From Escherichia coli (GTDB lineage Bacteria > Pseudomonadota > Gammaproteobacteria > Enterobacterales > Enterobacteriaceae): 64,000 nucleotides of DNA. Below are positions 1 to 9,989 of this stretch, one piece after another. The position numbers and the translations under genes were made by a program. A model generated the notes under the pieces. The model saw only the letters and a list, made by a program, of their open reading frames with translations. It ran no database searches and was not told the DNA's origin. Numbering within the stretch: the first letter of the stretch is position 1; each line of letters starts with the position of its first letter. The DNA lies in assembly GCF_003790525.1 (NCBI RefSeq), contig NZ_CP033635.1. One strand, written 5' to 3'.

Positions 1-216
1 ATGAGCACCGGCCGTAAGCACGTTATGTTATTGTTTCATTAGTAATAATCACTTAAATGTATCGATGAAACAGGTATGACTTAGCGGGAGTGATTGTTTC
101 TGAGTGAACAGAGACCACTTTAGCCTGATAAATGAAAAATGAGCGATTTTTGCAAGTTAGTTTTTCTATAGCCGAGTACGCTCAGCGCCTCGCTTGATTA
201 CAATGAGGTTGCTGCT

Positions 217-1161
217 ATGAGTCCTGATAATATCGGTTCGGCTGTCAATCGCTTCTCAGGTTGGCCATCTAATGATCCTCTAAAAACAGATAACGAATCA
301 ATGACATCACCCGTGGCTGTGCAGGTAATAAAGATGATTGCCGCCATCCTTGACCCATATCGGATAGTCGTTGGAATCGATACACTTTATACAACGCAGC
401 GCGAAACATTTACCTCAGAGAGTCAACAGCTCATTGAATCAGCATTGCAAACACTTCATGTGATAAATTTAAATAACCTGGAAACAAATCTCGATGAGGA
501 CGGTCACTATCTGGCTTTTGGATATAACGTTGACACTCCTGACAGAATAACCGTTTCTGCTTATAATGAAAAAAAGCCTGGCTGCTATGGCCAATGTCTT
601 TTAATACAGGATGACGAAACAGACTTATTTAACCTGATAAAAGTTAAAATTTTTGAAGCCAGGCATAATTATGTCGCTCAATTGATGAGAGATCCGGAAT
701 TTATGTTCAAATTTAGTTATAGCGCTCAACAAAATAGATTAGAACCTCATCTTCTGGTTCCCACTTATTTCCCTCTAAAAACAAACGAACCGGTTACGCA
801 AGAGGATGTACTGTTACTTTATCGTTTCTTTAAAATGGATGGTGATTTTAATATATTAACATCAGATGAATACATGAGTATCATGACACCTCTGATGAAG
901 TGTGAGCGTAGCATCCACGACCACAACAGGTATGTGACGGGCAAAGATACCCTTCTTCTGGACTATCCTCCTTCTGGTAACCAGATATATTTCCATATTT
1001 TTCCTGACGAATCAGCAACACTAGTCCTTTATTTTTCAAACAATGACATTGAATGTTTCGTCTTTGAAAGAGATATTCCGAGCCAGTATCGCTTTTTCAA
1101 AATGTTTACCAATCTGGCACTGGTTATTGATCAGTTAACTGATGCCAATCAAATACTTTAA
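217..1161 (+). CDS. hypothetical protein, 314 aa, low-GC, no recognisable family
   Basis: ORF with AGG-type RBS about 9 nt upstream of the ATG. N-terminus is Ser/Thr/Asn/Pro-rich with no hydrophobic signal peptide. Internal repeated motif YRFFKM appears twice. GC clearly below the core genes in the window. Confidence 0.55.
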   Translation: MSPDNIGSAVNRFSGWPSNDPLKTDNESMTSPVAVQVIKMIAAILDPYRIVVGIDTLYTTQRETFTSESQQLIESALQTLHVINLNNLETNLDEDGHYLAFGYNVDTPDRITVSAYNEKKPGCYGQCLLIQDDETDLFNLIKVKIFEARHNYVAQLMRDPEFMFKFSYSAQQNRLEPHLLVPTYFPLKTNEPVTQEDVLLLYRFFKMDGDFNILTSDEYMSIMTPLMKCERSIHDHNRYVTGKDTLLLDYPPSGNQIYFHIFPDESATLVLYFSNNDIECFVFERDIPSQYRFFKMFTNLALVIDQLTDANQIL

Positions 1162-1241
1162 TTTTTATATATTCCCTGTGGCAAATATTGCTAAACAATG
1201 CCTGGGGATTAATTTTTATTACTCACGGAAAGATTTAAATA

Positions 1242-1664
1242 ATGATCCCATCTCAAATCTCTTTCAACACCCTTCCTGTCAATGCAACATACGCTTCAGA
1301 GACAACAGTTGACACACAAAAATTCTCTGACATCCTCTACTCAGCGGGGTGTTCCCTAAAGGATCTGGCTTATCTGAGCAGATGTCTGGCATCAATACAT
1401 CCGACTATCGCCAAAAACATTTATGAAACAGAAAATCTCAGCGATCAAAAATTACTACATATTGATTGCCGTAGTACAAATGAAATCAAGATAAATATCT
1501 TTTTTGGTCAACAACGAGAAGGATTAATTGAAATTAATTCTGACACTGTCATTTTTTCGATATTGTCTTCATTAATTGACTCCGCCATTTCTAAATTTCA
1601 ACACCAAATCCCCGTTAACGGTTCAGTTAATCGTGAACTATTGTATGAGGATTATACTGATTAA
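1242..1664 (+). CDS. hypothetical small acidic protein, 140 aa, partner of upstream ORF
   Basis: ORF starts 80 bp downstream of the 314-aa ORF on the same strand. By my count about 20 Asp/Glu against about 10 Lys/Arg. No transmembrane segment or signal peptide seen. Confidence 0.45.
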   Translation: MIPSQISFNTLPVNATYASETTVDTQKFSDILYSAGCSLKDLAYLSRCLASIHPTIAKNIYETENLSDQKLLHIDCRSTNEIKINIFFGQQREGLIEINSDTVIFSILSSLIDSAISKFQHQIPVNGSVNRELLYEDYTD

Positions 1665-2210
1665 ATCCACCCAGTCGCGAAAATGGCCTGCGTTATTGCC
1701 AGAGGTAATAAAACCTTTGATTAACGTTACTCATACTGGTAGCACCTTCATGTACCTCTCTTTTTTACGAAAAATCAAAAGAGCTAACTAAGGTCATAAT
1801 TCGCATGAATCATTAACCATTTGTTATTTTCAACATTATTTTTACATTAAGCAGAGATGAATTGCAGTGAAATTCGACTTAAATTTTATGAAATGCATTT
1901 ACTCATGGCTAAACCCATATCACTAAAATGCAAATTAGAAGTAGATCACAAATACCTCAATACACCAAATCAAGTTAATTTTAAAAATTTAACATTCATG
2001 ACATTAGTTGACATAACACACTGAATTAACATGAGAATTTAACAACATACTTTAAACAATCATTTCCCGAAAGACATTTTGAAAATAGATCAATTGCAAC
2101 ATTACGGTCAGATAAAGACACTCCTGTGATATTAAACCTGTGCCGTTATGAACGGCCATAAATACGACGTGTGTAACTTATTTTACTCTCTGTCTTACAA
2201 AGGATTACCC
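1665..2210. promoter_or_regulatory. AT-rich non-coding leader / promoter region upstream of the glutamate mutase operon
   Basis: About 540 bp without a convincing ORF, visibly far more AT-rich than the flanking genes, immediately upstream of the first gene of a six-gene coupled operon. Confidence 0.4.
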
Positions 2211-2660
2211 ATGAAGAAAGCAACACTTGTGATTGGCGTTATTGGCGCGGACTGCCATGCAGTAGGCAATAAAGTTCTGGACCGCGTTTTTAGCAACCAT
2301 GGCTTCAGAGTCATTAATCTGGGCGTAATGGTCAGCCAGGACGAATATATTGATGCGGCCATTGAAACTGGCGCTGACGCGATTGTCGTCTCCTCTATCT
2401 ATGGGCATGGCGATATCGACTGTCTGGGCATGCGCGAACGCTGCATCGAGCGTGGACTGGGGGACATCCTGCTCTATGTGGGCGGTAACCTGGTGGTCGG
2501 AAAACATGACTTCGCTGACGTGGAAACCAAATTCAAAGAGATGGGATTTGATCGCGTCTTTGCCCCAAGTCATGACTTAGAAGATGTTTGTCAGCTGATG
2601 GCCCACGATATCAACCAACGTCATGACGTTGATACTCGTATTCTTGAAGAGGCAATCTGA
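2211..2660 (+). CDS. glutamate mutase S (sigma) subunit, B12-binding component of methylaspartate mutase
   Basis: Translation from [21 protein letters not shown] matches the cobalamin-binding small subunit, including the DxHxxG motif (DCHAVG). Start chosen at the internal ATG preceded by AAGGA; the track ORF starts 21 codons earlier. Confidence 0.85.
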   Translation: MKKATLVIGVIGADCHAVGNKVLDRVFSNHGFRVINLGVMVSQDEYIDAAIETGADAIVVSSIYGHGDIDCLGMRERCIERGLGDILLYVGGNLVVGKHDFADVETKFKEMGFDRVFAPSHDLEDVCQLMAHDINQRHDVDTRILEEAI

Positions 2661-4048
2661 TGCAAATCGTCTCTGTCGATATTGGATCGACGTGGACCAA
2701 AGCAGCCCTCTTCGCCCGGGAGGGGGACGCGTTAACGTTGGTTAACCACGTACTGACCCCAACCACCACCCATCATCTGGCGAAGGGGTTTTTCTCCAGC
2801 CTGAACCTGGTGTTAAACGTAGATAATGCCCTCCCCCTGTTTAACAACGGTGAGGTTGCATTGAAGTATTCCTCCTCTGCCAAAGGTGGGCTGGCGGTTG
2901 CCGCAATGGGGTTGGTGCCTTCTATCACCCTGGAAACCGCGAAAGTAACCGCTCACTCTGCGGGGGCTAAAATTGCGCAATATTACTCCTACAAGCTGAA
3001 CCGCCGTGATATCCAGGCACTGGAAGAAACGCAGCCCGATATTCTCTTGTTCACCGGCGGCACCGACGGCGGAGAAGAAAGCTACGGCCTGAATAACGCC
3101 CGTGTGCTGGCAGAATCCAAACTCGACTGCGCCATTATTTATGCCGGAAACCGGGATATTCAGGACGAGGTGCAGGAGATCCTAGGGCATAAAGACCTGA
3201 CCATCGTCGACAACGTTCTGCCCGATCTTGACCATCCGAACCCTTTAGCTGCACGCCAGGCTATCTGCGACATATTCCTTAAACGCATCGTTAAAGGGAA
3301 AGGGCTGGATGTCGTTGTTGATAAAACAGGCGAAGAACCAATGCCGACACCGTGGACAGTCTTTGAACTGGTTAAGGCAATCAGTAATGTCGATCACAGC
3401 TGGAAAGAGTTCATGCTGATCGACATGGGTGGCGCAACCACCGATGTCTATTCCGCCTGTGCCAACACGCTCTCGCCCGACACCGTTTTACACGGCGTAC
3501 CGGAACCCTTCGTGAAACGGACGGTGGAAGGCGATCTGGGAATGCGCGTCTCGGCAATGGTGGTTGGTGAAAGTGCGAAAGAGTTAGTCAATGTGAATTT
3601 TGCTCAGCAACCCGCACAGCTGGACGCTTTTTATCATTACCTCCGTCATCTAGTCGCTCATCCCGACTACTTACCCGCGAATGCAGAAGAAAAATATTTC
3701 GATACCGTCCTGGCCGGACTGTGTGTGGGTTATGCCACCGAAAGACATGCGGGCACCAAAAAAGAGGTCTGCACCTGTGTCGGCAATGTCGATTTACAGA
3801 TGGGACGTGACCTGACAACCGTGCGTAAAGTCGTCGGAACCGGCGGATGGCTCTCGCGTGCCAGTCAGTTCGATATGCATCACTGGTTGAAATACCGCGA
3901 GTTAAACGACGACGGTAAACGCATTCTCTTACCGACCGAATTTGAATATTACCGCGATTCCCGGGGGCTATTACCACTGCTGGCAAACGTCGCCAGAGTC
4001 GATCCGCTGGCCGCCGCGCGCACCAGTATTCAATGCTTAACCCTATAA
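2660..4048 (+). CDS. glutamate mutase L component (MutL/GlmL-type accessory protein)
   Basis: 462-aa ORF whose ATG overlaps the upstream stop (TGATG), sitting between the S and E subunit genes as in clostridial glutamate mutase operons. Confidence 0.75.
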   Translation: MQIVSVDIGSTWTKAALFAREGDALTLVNHVLTPTTTHHLAKGFFSSLNLVLNVDNALPLFNNGEVALKYSSSAKGGLAVAAMGLVPSITLETAKVTAHSAGAKIAQYYSYKLNRRDIQALEETQPDILLFTGGTDGGEESYGLNNARVLAESKLDCAIIYAGNRDIQDEVQEILGHKDLTIVDNVLPDLDHPNPLAARQAICDIFLKRIVKGKGLDVVVDKTGEEPMPTPWTVFELVKAISNVDHSWKEFMLIDMGGATTDVYSACANTLSPDTVLHGVPEPFVKRTVEGDLGMRVSAMVVGESAKELVNVNFAQQPAQLDAFYHYLRHLVAHPDYLPANAEEKYFDTVLAGLCVGYATERHAGTKKEVCTCVGNVDLQMGRDLTTVRKVVGTGGWLSRASQFDMHHWLKYRELNDDGKRILLPTEFEYYRDSRGLLPLLANVARVDPLAAARTSIQCLTL

Positions 4049-4066
4049 CAATTAAGGCTGCAATCA

Positions 4067-5512
4067 ATGGAACTTCGAAATAAGAAATTAACCCATGACG
4101 AATTCATGACCGAGCGGCAACAGGTACTGAAAACCTGGGAAACCGGCAAGGATGTTGAAAACTTTGAAGATGGCGTTAAATACCAACAAACCATTCCTGA
4201 GCATAAACGCTTCTCTCTTGCCCTGCTGAAAGCAGACAAGGAAGGTAAAACTCTTAGCCAACCGCGCGCAGGCGTGGCGCTGATGGACGAACACATCGAA
4301 CTACTGAAAACACTACAAGAAGAATGCGATCTGCTGCCGAGCACCATCGACGCATATACCCGTCTGAATCGGTACGAAGAAGCGGCTGTAGGGATTAAAA
4401 AATCCATCGAAGCCGGAACCTCTAAACTGAACGGTTTACCGGTCGTTAACCACGGCGTCGCAGCTTGCCGTCGCCTCACCGAAACTTTGCAAAAACCGCT
4501 ACAGATCCGCCACGGCACGCCAGATGCGCGTCTGCTGGCTGAAATCTCGATGGCCAGCGGCTTTACCAGTTATGAAGGCGGCGGCATTTCCTACAATATT
4601 CCGTATGCCAAGCGCGTAACGCTGGAAAAATCGATCCGCGACTGGCAGTACTGCGACCGTTTAATGGGGATGTATGAAGAACACGGGATCCGCATCAACC
4701 GCGAACCGTTTGGCCCACTAACGGGTACCCTGATCCCGCCGTTTATCTCGCACTCTATCGCGATAATCGAAGGCTTGCTGGCGCTGGAACAGGGTGTGAA
4801 ATCTATCACCGTTGGTTATGGACAGGTCGGCAGCCTGACGCAGGATGTTGCGGCGATCCAGTCTCTGCGTGAACTTGCACACGAATATTTTCAGAGCTAT
4901 GGCTATACCGACTATGAATTAAGTACCGTGTTTCACCAGTGGATGGGCGGCTTTCCGGAAGACGAATCGAAAGCGTTCGCTATTATCTCCTGGGGCGCAG
5001 CCGTCGCGGGGATGTCTGGTGCCACCAAAGTCATCACCAAAAGTCCGCACGAAGCCTGGGGTATCCCGACTGCCGCTGCCAACATTCAGGGGCTGAAAGC
5101 CTCCCGCCAGATGCTCAACATGGTCAACGAGCAGAAATTCCCGCCGTGCCCTGCGGTTGAACTGGAAATTGAACTGATTAAGAGCGAGGTTCGCGCGGTA
5201 CTGAATAAAGTGTTCGAACTGGGTAATGGTGATATTGCGCGCGGTACGGTGCTGGCATTTGAAGCGGGCGTACTGGATGTGCCGTTTGCGCCAGCCGCCT
5301 GCAACGCGGGCAAAATTCTTCCGGTCCGTGACAACACCGGCGCGATACGCGTACTGGAAGCCGGAGCCGTTCCATTGCCAAAAGATATTCTCGACCTCCA
5401 CCACGATTACGTTGCGGAACGCGCACGCTTTGAAGGACGCCAACCGACATTCCAGATGGTTGTAGATGACATCAATGCTGTATCCCACAGTAAATTAATA
5501 GGAAGACCATAA
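4067..5512 (+). CDS. glutamate mutase E (epsilon) catalytic subunit
   Basis: 481-aa translation (MELRNKKLTHDEF ... FQMVVDDINAVSHSKLIGRP) colinear with clostridial GlmE/MutE across its full length. Confidence 0.9.
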   Translation: MELRNKKLTHDEFMTERQQVLKTWETGKDVENFEDGVKYQQTIPEHKRFSLALLKADKEGKTLSQPRAGVALMDEHIELLKTLQEECDLLPSTIDAYTRLNRYEEAAVGIKKSIEAGTSKLNGLPVVNHGVAACRRLTETLQKPLQIRHGTPDARLLAEISMASGFTSYEGGGISYNIPYAKRVTLEKSIRDWQYCDRLMGMYEEHGIRINREPFGPLTGTLIPPFISHSIAIIEGLLALEQGVKSITVGYGQVGSLTQDVAAIQSLRELAHEYFQSYGYTDYELSTVFHQWMGGFPEDESKAFAIISWGAAVAGMSGATKVITKSPHEAWGIPTAAANIQGLKASRQMLNMVNEQKFPPCPAVELEIELIKSEVRAVLNKVFELGNGDIARGTVLAFEAGVLDVPFAPAACNAGKILPVRDNTGAIRVLEAGAVPLPKDILDLHHDYVAERARFEGRQPTFQMVVDDINAVSHSKLIGRP

Positions 5513-6753
5513 TGAAAATAAAACAGGCTCTGTTCACCGCTGGCTACTCCTCATTCTATTTCGATGACCAGCAGGCGATAAAAAACGGAGCGGGTCATGA
5601 CGGCTTTTTTTATACCGGGGAGCCGGTAACACAGGGGTTTAACGCCGTTCGTCAGGCCGGGGAGTGCGTATCGGTACAGTTGATTCTGGAAAACGGCGCG
5701 GTCGCCGTAGGTGACTGTGCTGCCGTACAGTATTCCGGGGCAGGTGGTCGCGATCCACTGTTCCTCGCTGAGCACTTTATTCCGTTCCTCAACGACCATA
5801 TCAAGCCATTACTGGTAGGCCGCGATGTGGATGCTTTCCTGCCGAATGCCCGTTTCTTCGACAAATTGCGTATTGACGGCAACTTGCTGCATACCGCCGT
5901 GCGCTACGGATTATCACAGGCGCTGCTTGATGCTACCGCGCTGGCAACCGGCCGTCTGAAAACTGAAGTGGTCTGTGATGAATGGCAGTTGCCACGCGTG
6001 GCGGAATCCATTCCATTATTTGGTCAGAGCGGGGACGATCGATATATCGCCGTCGATAAGATGATCCTTAAGGGCATCGACGTGCTGCCCCATGCACTGA
6101 TTAATAACGTCGAAGAGAAACTGGGCTTTAAAGGTGAAAAACTGCGCGAATATGTCCGCTGGCTGTCGGATCGTATTCTGAGCAAGCGCACCAGCGCACG
6201 CTACCACCCTACCCTGCACATCGATGTATACGGCACTATCGGTCTGATCTTCGATATGGATCCGCTTCGCTGTGCGCAATACATCGCCAGCCTGGAAAAA
6301 GAAGCGCAAGGCCTGCCGCTCTACATTGAAGGGCCGGTCGATGCCGGTAACAAGCCCGATCAAATTCGCCTGCTGACCGCGATTACCAAAGAGCTGACGC
6401 GCCTCGGTTCCGGCGTGAAAATTGTGGCCGATGAATGGTGTAACACCTACCAGGATATTGTTGATTTCACTGATGCCGCCAGTTGCCACATGGTGCAAAT
6501 CAAAACCCCGGATCTGGGCAGTATTCACAACATCGTCGATGCAGTTCTTTATTGCAACAGCCACAGCATGGAAGCGTACCAGGGCGGCACCTGCAATGAA
6601 ACTGATGTCAGTGCCCGCACCTGTGTCCACGTCGCCCTTGCCGCTCGCCCCATGCGTATGCTGGTAAAACCAGGGATGGGCTTTGACGAAGGCCTCGATA
6701 TCGTCTTCAACGAAATGAATCGTACTATCGCGCTGTTGCAGGCTAAGGATTAA
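5512..6753 (+). CDS. 3-methylaspartate ammonia-lyase
   Basis: 413-aa translation colinear with clostridial methylaspartase (conserved blocks AVQYSGAGGRDPLF, HALINNVEEKLG, HMVQIKTPDLG, CNETD). Start overlaps the glmE stop. Confidence 0.92.
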   Translation: MKIKQALFTAGYSSFYFDDQQAIKNGAGHDGFFYTGEPVTQGFNAVRQAGECVSVQLILENGAVAVGDCAAVQYSGAGGRDPLFLAEHFIPFLNDHIKPLLVGRDVDAFLPNARFFDKLRIDGNLLHTAVRYGLSQALLDATALATGRLKTEVVCDEWQLPRVAESIPLFGQSGDDRYIAVDKMILKGIDVLPHALINNVEEKLGFKGEKLREYVRWLSDRILSKRTSARYHPTLHIDVYGTIGLIFDMDPLRCAQYIASLEKEAQGLPLYIEGPVDAGNKPDQIRLLTAITKELTRLGSGVKIVADEWCNTYQDIVDFTDAASCHMVQIKTPDLGSIHNIVDAVLYCNSHSMEAYQGGTCNETDVSARTCVHVALAARPMRMLVKPGMGFDEGLDIVFNEMNRTIALLQAKD

Positions 6754-6756
6754 CAA

Positions 6757-8127
6757 ATGGCTCGTTCTTTTAAAGTCTTATCGCCAACGGCAATCCTCGG
6801 GTATGGATTCCCGGAAGAGAGCTTCCGCAAAGCGATGGCAGAATCGCCCGATCTGATCGCCGTTGATGCAGGCTCTTCCGATCCTGGCCCCCACTACCTC
6901 GGGGCGGGCAAACCGTTTACCGATCGCGCAGGGGTCAAGCGTGATTTGCGCTATATGATCACCGCAGGCGTGCAAAATAATATACCGGTGGTGATCGGAA
7001 CGGCCGGCGGTTCTGGTGCCGCTCCACACCTGGAGTGGTGCCGAGAAATAATTCATGAGATTGCCCGGGAAGAGCAACTCGCGTTCTCGATGGCGCTGAT
7101 CCCGGCAGACGTTGACAAAGCCATCGTCCACCAGGCGCTGGATAACGGCAAAATCACGGCGCTGGATTTTGTCCCGCCGTTAACCCACGACGCGATTGAC
7201 GAAAGTACGTATATCGTCGCGCAAATGGGCATCGAACCCTTCCAGCGGGCGCTGAAAGAAGGCGCGCAAGTGGTGCTGGGCGGGCGCGCTTACGACCCGG
7301 CCTGCTTTGCTGCGCTCCCGATCATGCAAGGCTTTGATGAAGGTCTGGCGCTGCATTGTGGGAAAATCCTTGAATGCGCGGCAATCGCCGCAACGCCCGG
7401 CTCAGGCTCTGACTGTGCGATGGGCATCATTGATGACAACGGCTTTACGCTGAAGACATTTAATCCGAAGCGTAAATTTACCGAAACGTCAGCGGCTGCA
7501 CACACACTGTATGAGAAATCCGATCCCTACTTCCTGCCTGGACCTGGCGGCGTGTTGAACCTGAAAGGCTGCACATTTAAAGCGGTCAATGACGGCGAAG
7601 TGTACGTCAGCGGTTCTAAGCATGAAGAAACGCCGTATGCCCTGAAACTGGAAGGTGCGCGACGGGTGGGCTTCCGCTGTCTGACCATCGCAGGAACGCG
7701 CGACCCGATCATGATCGCCGGGATCGATAAAATCATCGATGAAGTCAAAACCAGCGTTTCACGTAACCTGTCGCTCGACGATGACAGCATTCGCATCAAT
7801 TTCCACCTGTACGGCAAAAACGGGGTGATGGGCGACCATGAACCGATGCAAACTGCCGGGCATGAGCTGGGGATTGTCCTTGATGTAGTTGCACCGACCC
7901 AGGAAATTGCCAATAGCGTTTGCTCGCTGGTGCGCTCTACCATGCTGCACTACGGCTATGAAAACCGCATCGCTACCGCAGGCAATCTGGCGTTCCCGTT
8001 CTCCCCTTCTGATATCCAGGGCGGGCCGGTATACGAATTTTCCATATATCACCTGATTGAAGCCAACGACGCTCTGCGTTTTGATTTCCATATTGAACAG
8101 GTGACGCCAGAAGGAGTTCAGGCATGA
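6757..8127 (+). CDS. uncharacterised 456-aa protein, possibly DUF1446/AtuA-like
   Basis: ORF begins 4 nt after the methylaspartase stop in the same operon. Family assignment is from memory and tentative; no catalytic motif recognised. Confidence 0.6.
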   Translation: MARSFKVLSPTAILGYGFPEESFRKAMAESPDLIAVDAGSSDPGPHYLGAGKPFTDRAGVKRDLRYMITAGVQNNIPVVIGTAGGSGAAPHLEWCREIIHEIAREEQLAFSMALIPADVDKAIVHQALDNGKITALDFVPPLTHDAIDESTYIVAQMGIEPFQRALKEGAQVVLGGRAYDPACFAALPIMQGFDEGLALHCGKILECAAIAATPGSGSDCAMGIIDDNGFTLKTFNPKRKFTETSAAAHTLYEKSDPYFLPGPGGVLNLKGCTFKAVNDGEVYVSGSKHEETPYALKLEGARRVGFRCLTIAGTRDPIMIAGIDKIIDEVKTSVSRNLSLDDDSIRINFHLYGKNGVMGDHEPMQTAGHELGIVLDVVAPTQEIANSVCSLVRSTMLHYGYENRIATAGNLAFPFSPSDIQGGPVYEFSIYHLIEANDALRFDFHIEQVTPEGVQA

Positions 8128-8441
8128 AACAGTCAATTGTCTCACTGGCGCAAGTCATTCGTTCGAAAAATGCCGGACCTTACGAACTGGTTTTAGATAT
8201 TTTATTTAAAACGAAAGAAAACTATGAGCGAGTTAAATCATCAGGGCAATTAACCCCAGAACTGATTGCGCGCTTATATCATGTTGAACCTGACTTTATT
8301 CACCGTATTGTCTGGTTTGATCCTTCTAACGCAGTAAAAATCGTCATGCCACGAGATATTATCTCCGGGAATGTAGGTGACAATGATGTCTATGGTGCAC
8401 AGCAACATGCACCTTTATTAAATATGAGTTTCGATTTGTAA
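8124..8441 (+). CDS. uncharacterised 105-aa protein, possibly DUF4387-like partner of the upstream ORF
   Basis: Start overlaps the upstream stop by 4 nt (ATGA). Family assignment tentative. Confidence 0.55.
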   Translation: MKQSIVSLAQVIRSKNAGPYELVLDILFKTKENYERVKSSGQLTPELIARLYHVEPDFIHRIVWFDPSNAVKIVMPRDIISGNVGDNDVYGAQQHAPLLNMSFDL

Positions 8442-8601
8442 AAATCCGAATACTTTTAGCCAACTGACATCCCGTCACTTATTGCAGTTCAACACTTCAG
8501 CTATTTGTAAGGTTGTAATAGCAGGTAGATGCCTGAATCTCTATTCAGGCTTCTACTTCTCCTGATTCTGATTTATCGCCGTGCACCTGATGGAGGAAAA
8601 A

Positions 8602-9882
8602 ATGAAGAAAATAAGTTTAACCACGATGATTCTTTTGGCGCTGGTACTTGGAATGATTATCGGCGTAGTGCTCAATAACACTGCTTCACCGGAAACCGCA
8701 AAACTCTATGCGCAAGAAATATCGATATTCACGACGATTTTCTTACGACTGATAAAAATGATTATCGCTCCGTTAGTGGTCTCTACCCTGGTGGTAGGTA
8801 TAGCTAAAATGGGAGATGCCAAAGCCCTTGGTCGTATTTTTTCTAAAACACTCTTTTTATTTATTTGCGCCTCATTGCTGTCAATCGCCTTAGGCTTGAT
8901 AACAGTAAATTTCTTCATGCCAGGCACAGGAATTAATTTTGTTGCACACGGAGCCGAAACCACCGGAGTGGTCGCGTCAGAACCCTTTACGCTAAAAGTA
9001 TTTATTTCGCATGCTTTCCCCACCAGCATTGTCGATGCCATGGCGCACAATGAAATTTTGCAAATCGTGGTGTTCTCAATTTTCCTCGGCTGTAGCCTGA
9101 CGGCGATTGGTGAGAAAGGCAGCGCCATCGTTCACGCCTTAGATTCGCTGGCACATGCCATGTTAAAGCTCACTGGCTACGTCATGCTCTTCGCTCCCCT
9201 GACCGTATTCGCCGCTATTTCAGCATTGATTGCTGAACGAGGACTGGCAGTTATGGTGAGCGCCGGGATCTTTATGGGTGAATTTTATTTCACCATGTTG
9301 TTACTTTGGGTGCTGCTTATCGGTCTGGCCATCGTTTATGTCGGCCCCTGCATCAGACGCCTGACCCGTGCCCTTTCGGAACCCGCCCTGCTGGCATTTA
9401 CCACATCCAGTTCTGAAGCGGCTTTTCCGGGAACGCTTGAAAAACTGGAGCAATTTGGCGTTTCCCCCAAAATTGCCAGCTTTGTCTTACCCATTGGCTA
9501 CTCATTTAATCTCGTTGGATCAATGGCCTACTGCTCCTTCGCCACAGTTTTCATCGCCCAGGCCTGCAATATCCATTTATCCATCGGTGAGCAAATCACC
9601 ATGCTGTTGATCCTGATGTTGACCTCGAAAGGAATGGCTGGCGTACCACGCGCCTCAATGGTGGTTATCGCCGCCACGCTCAACCAGTTCAATATTCCGG
9701 AAGCGGGGCTGATCTTGCTGATGGGCGTTGATCCGTTCCTTGATATGGGGCGTTCCGCGACAAACGTCATGAGCAACGCAATGGGCGCTGCGATGGTGAG
9801 TCGGTGGGAAGGCGAACATTTCGGCGAGGGCTGTCGGGGTAAAGCATTAAAACCCAATGAATCGAACGTTGCTCTGCCCTGA
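8602..9882 (+). CDS. dicarboxylate/amino acid:cation symporter (GltP/DctA family)
   Basis: Multi-pass hydrophobic protein with GltP-like blocks. Start set at the ATG (MKKISL) preceded by GGAGG; the track ORF begins at an upstream GTG. Confidence 0.8.
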   Translation: MKKISLTTMILLALVLGMIIGVVLNNTASPETAKLYAQEISIFTTIFLRLIKMIIAPLVVSTLVVGIAKMGDAKALGRIFSKTLFLFICASLLSIALGLITVNFFMPGTGINFVAHGAETTGVVASEPFTLKVFISHAFPTSIVDAMAHNEILQIVVFSIFLGCSLTAIGEKGSAIVHALDSLAHAMLKLTGYVMLFAPLTVFAAISALIAERGLAVMVSAGIFMGEFYFTMLLLWVLLIGLAIVYVGPCIRRLTRALSEPALLAFTTSSSEAAFPGTLEKLEQFGVSPKIASFVLPIGYSFNLVGSMAYCSFATVFIAQACNIHLSIGEQITMLLILMLTSKGMAGVPRASMVVIAATLNQFNIPEAGLILLMGVDPFLDMGRSATNVMSNAMGAAMVSRWEGEHFGEGCRGKALKPNESNVALP

Positions 9883-9989
9883 GGGGGATCTTAAGCAATC
9901 AGAAGCCAATGACTACGCATTTTTATAAGCCGGATCATGAAGTTAGACGGCAATTAAGTAAAACTAACGTTTAAGGTGAAAAGTGAAAT

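Noticed and set aside
1665-2210. Possible adenosylcobalamin riboswitch upstream of the B12-dependent mutase operon
   Set aside because: No B12-box-like core (GCCACTG) or GC-rich paired elements were found; the region is uniformly AT-rich. Left as a general regulatory-region finding only.
2148-2210. Upstream ATG start for the glutamate mutase S subunit (21-codon N-terminal extension [21 protein letters not shown])
   Set aside because: The extension has no RBS and is not part of the conserved B12-binding fold; the internal ATG at 2211 has an AAGGA RBS and gives the canonical N-terminus.
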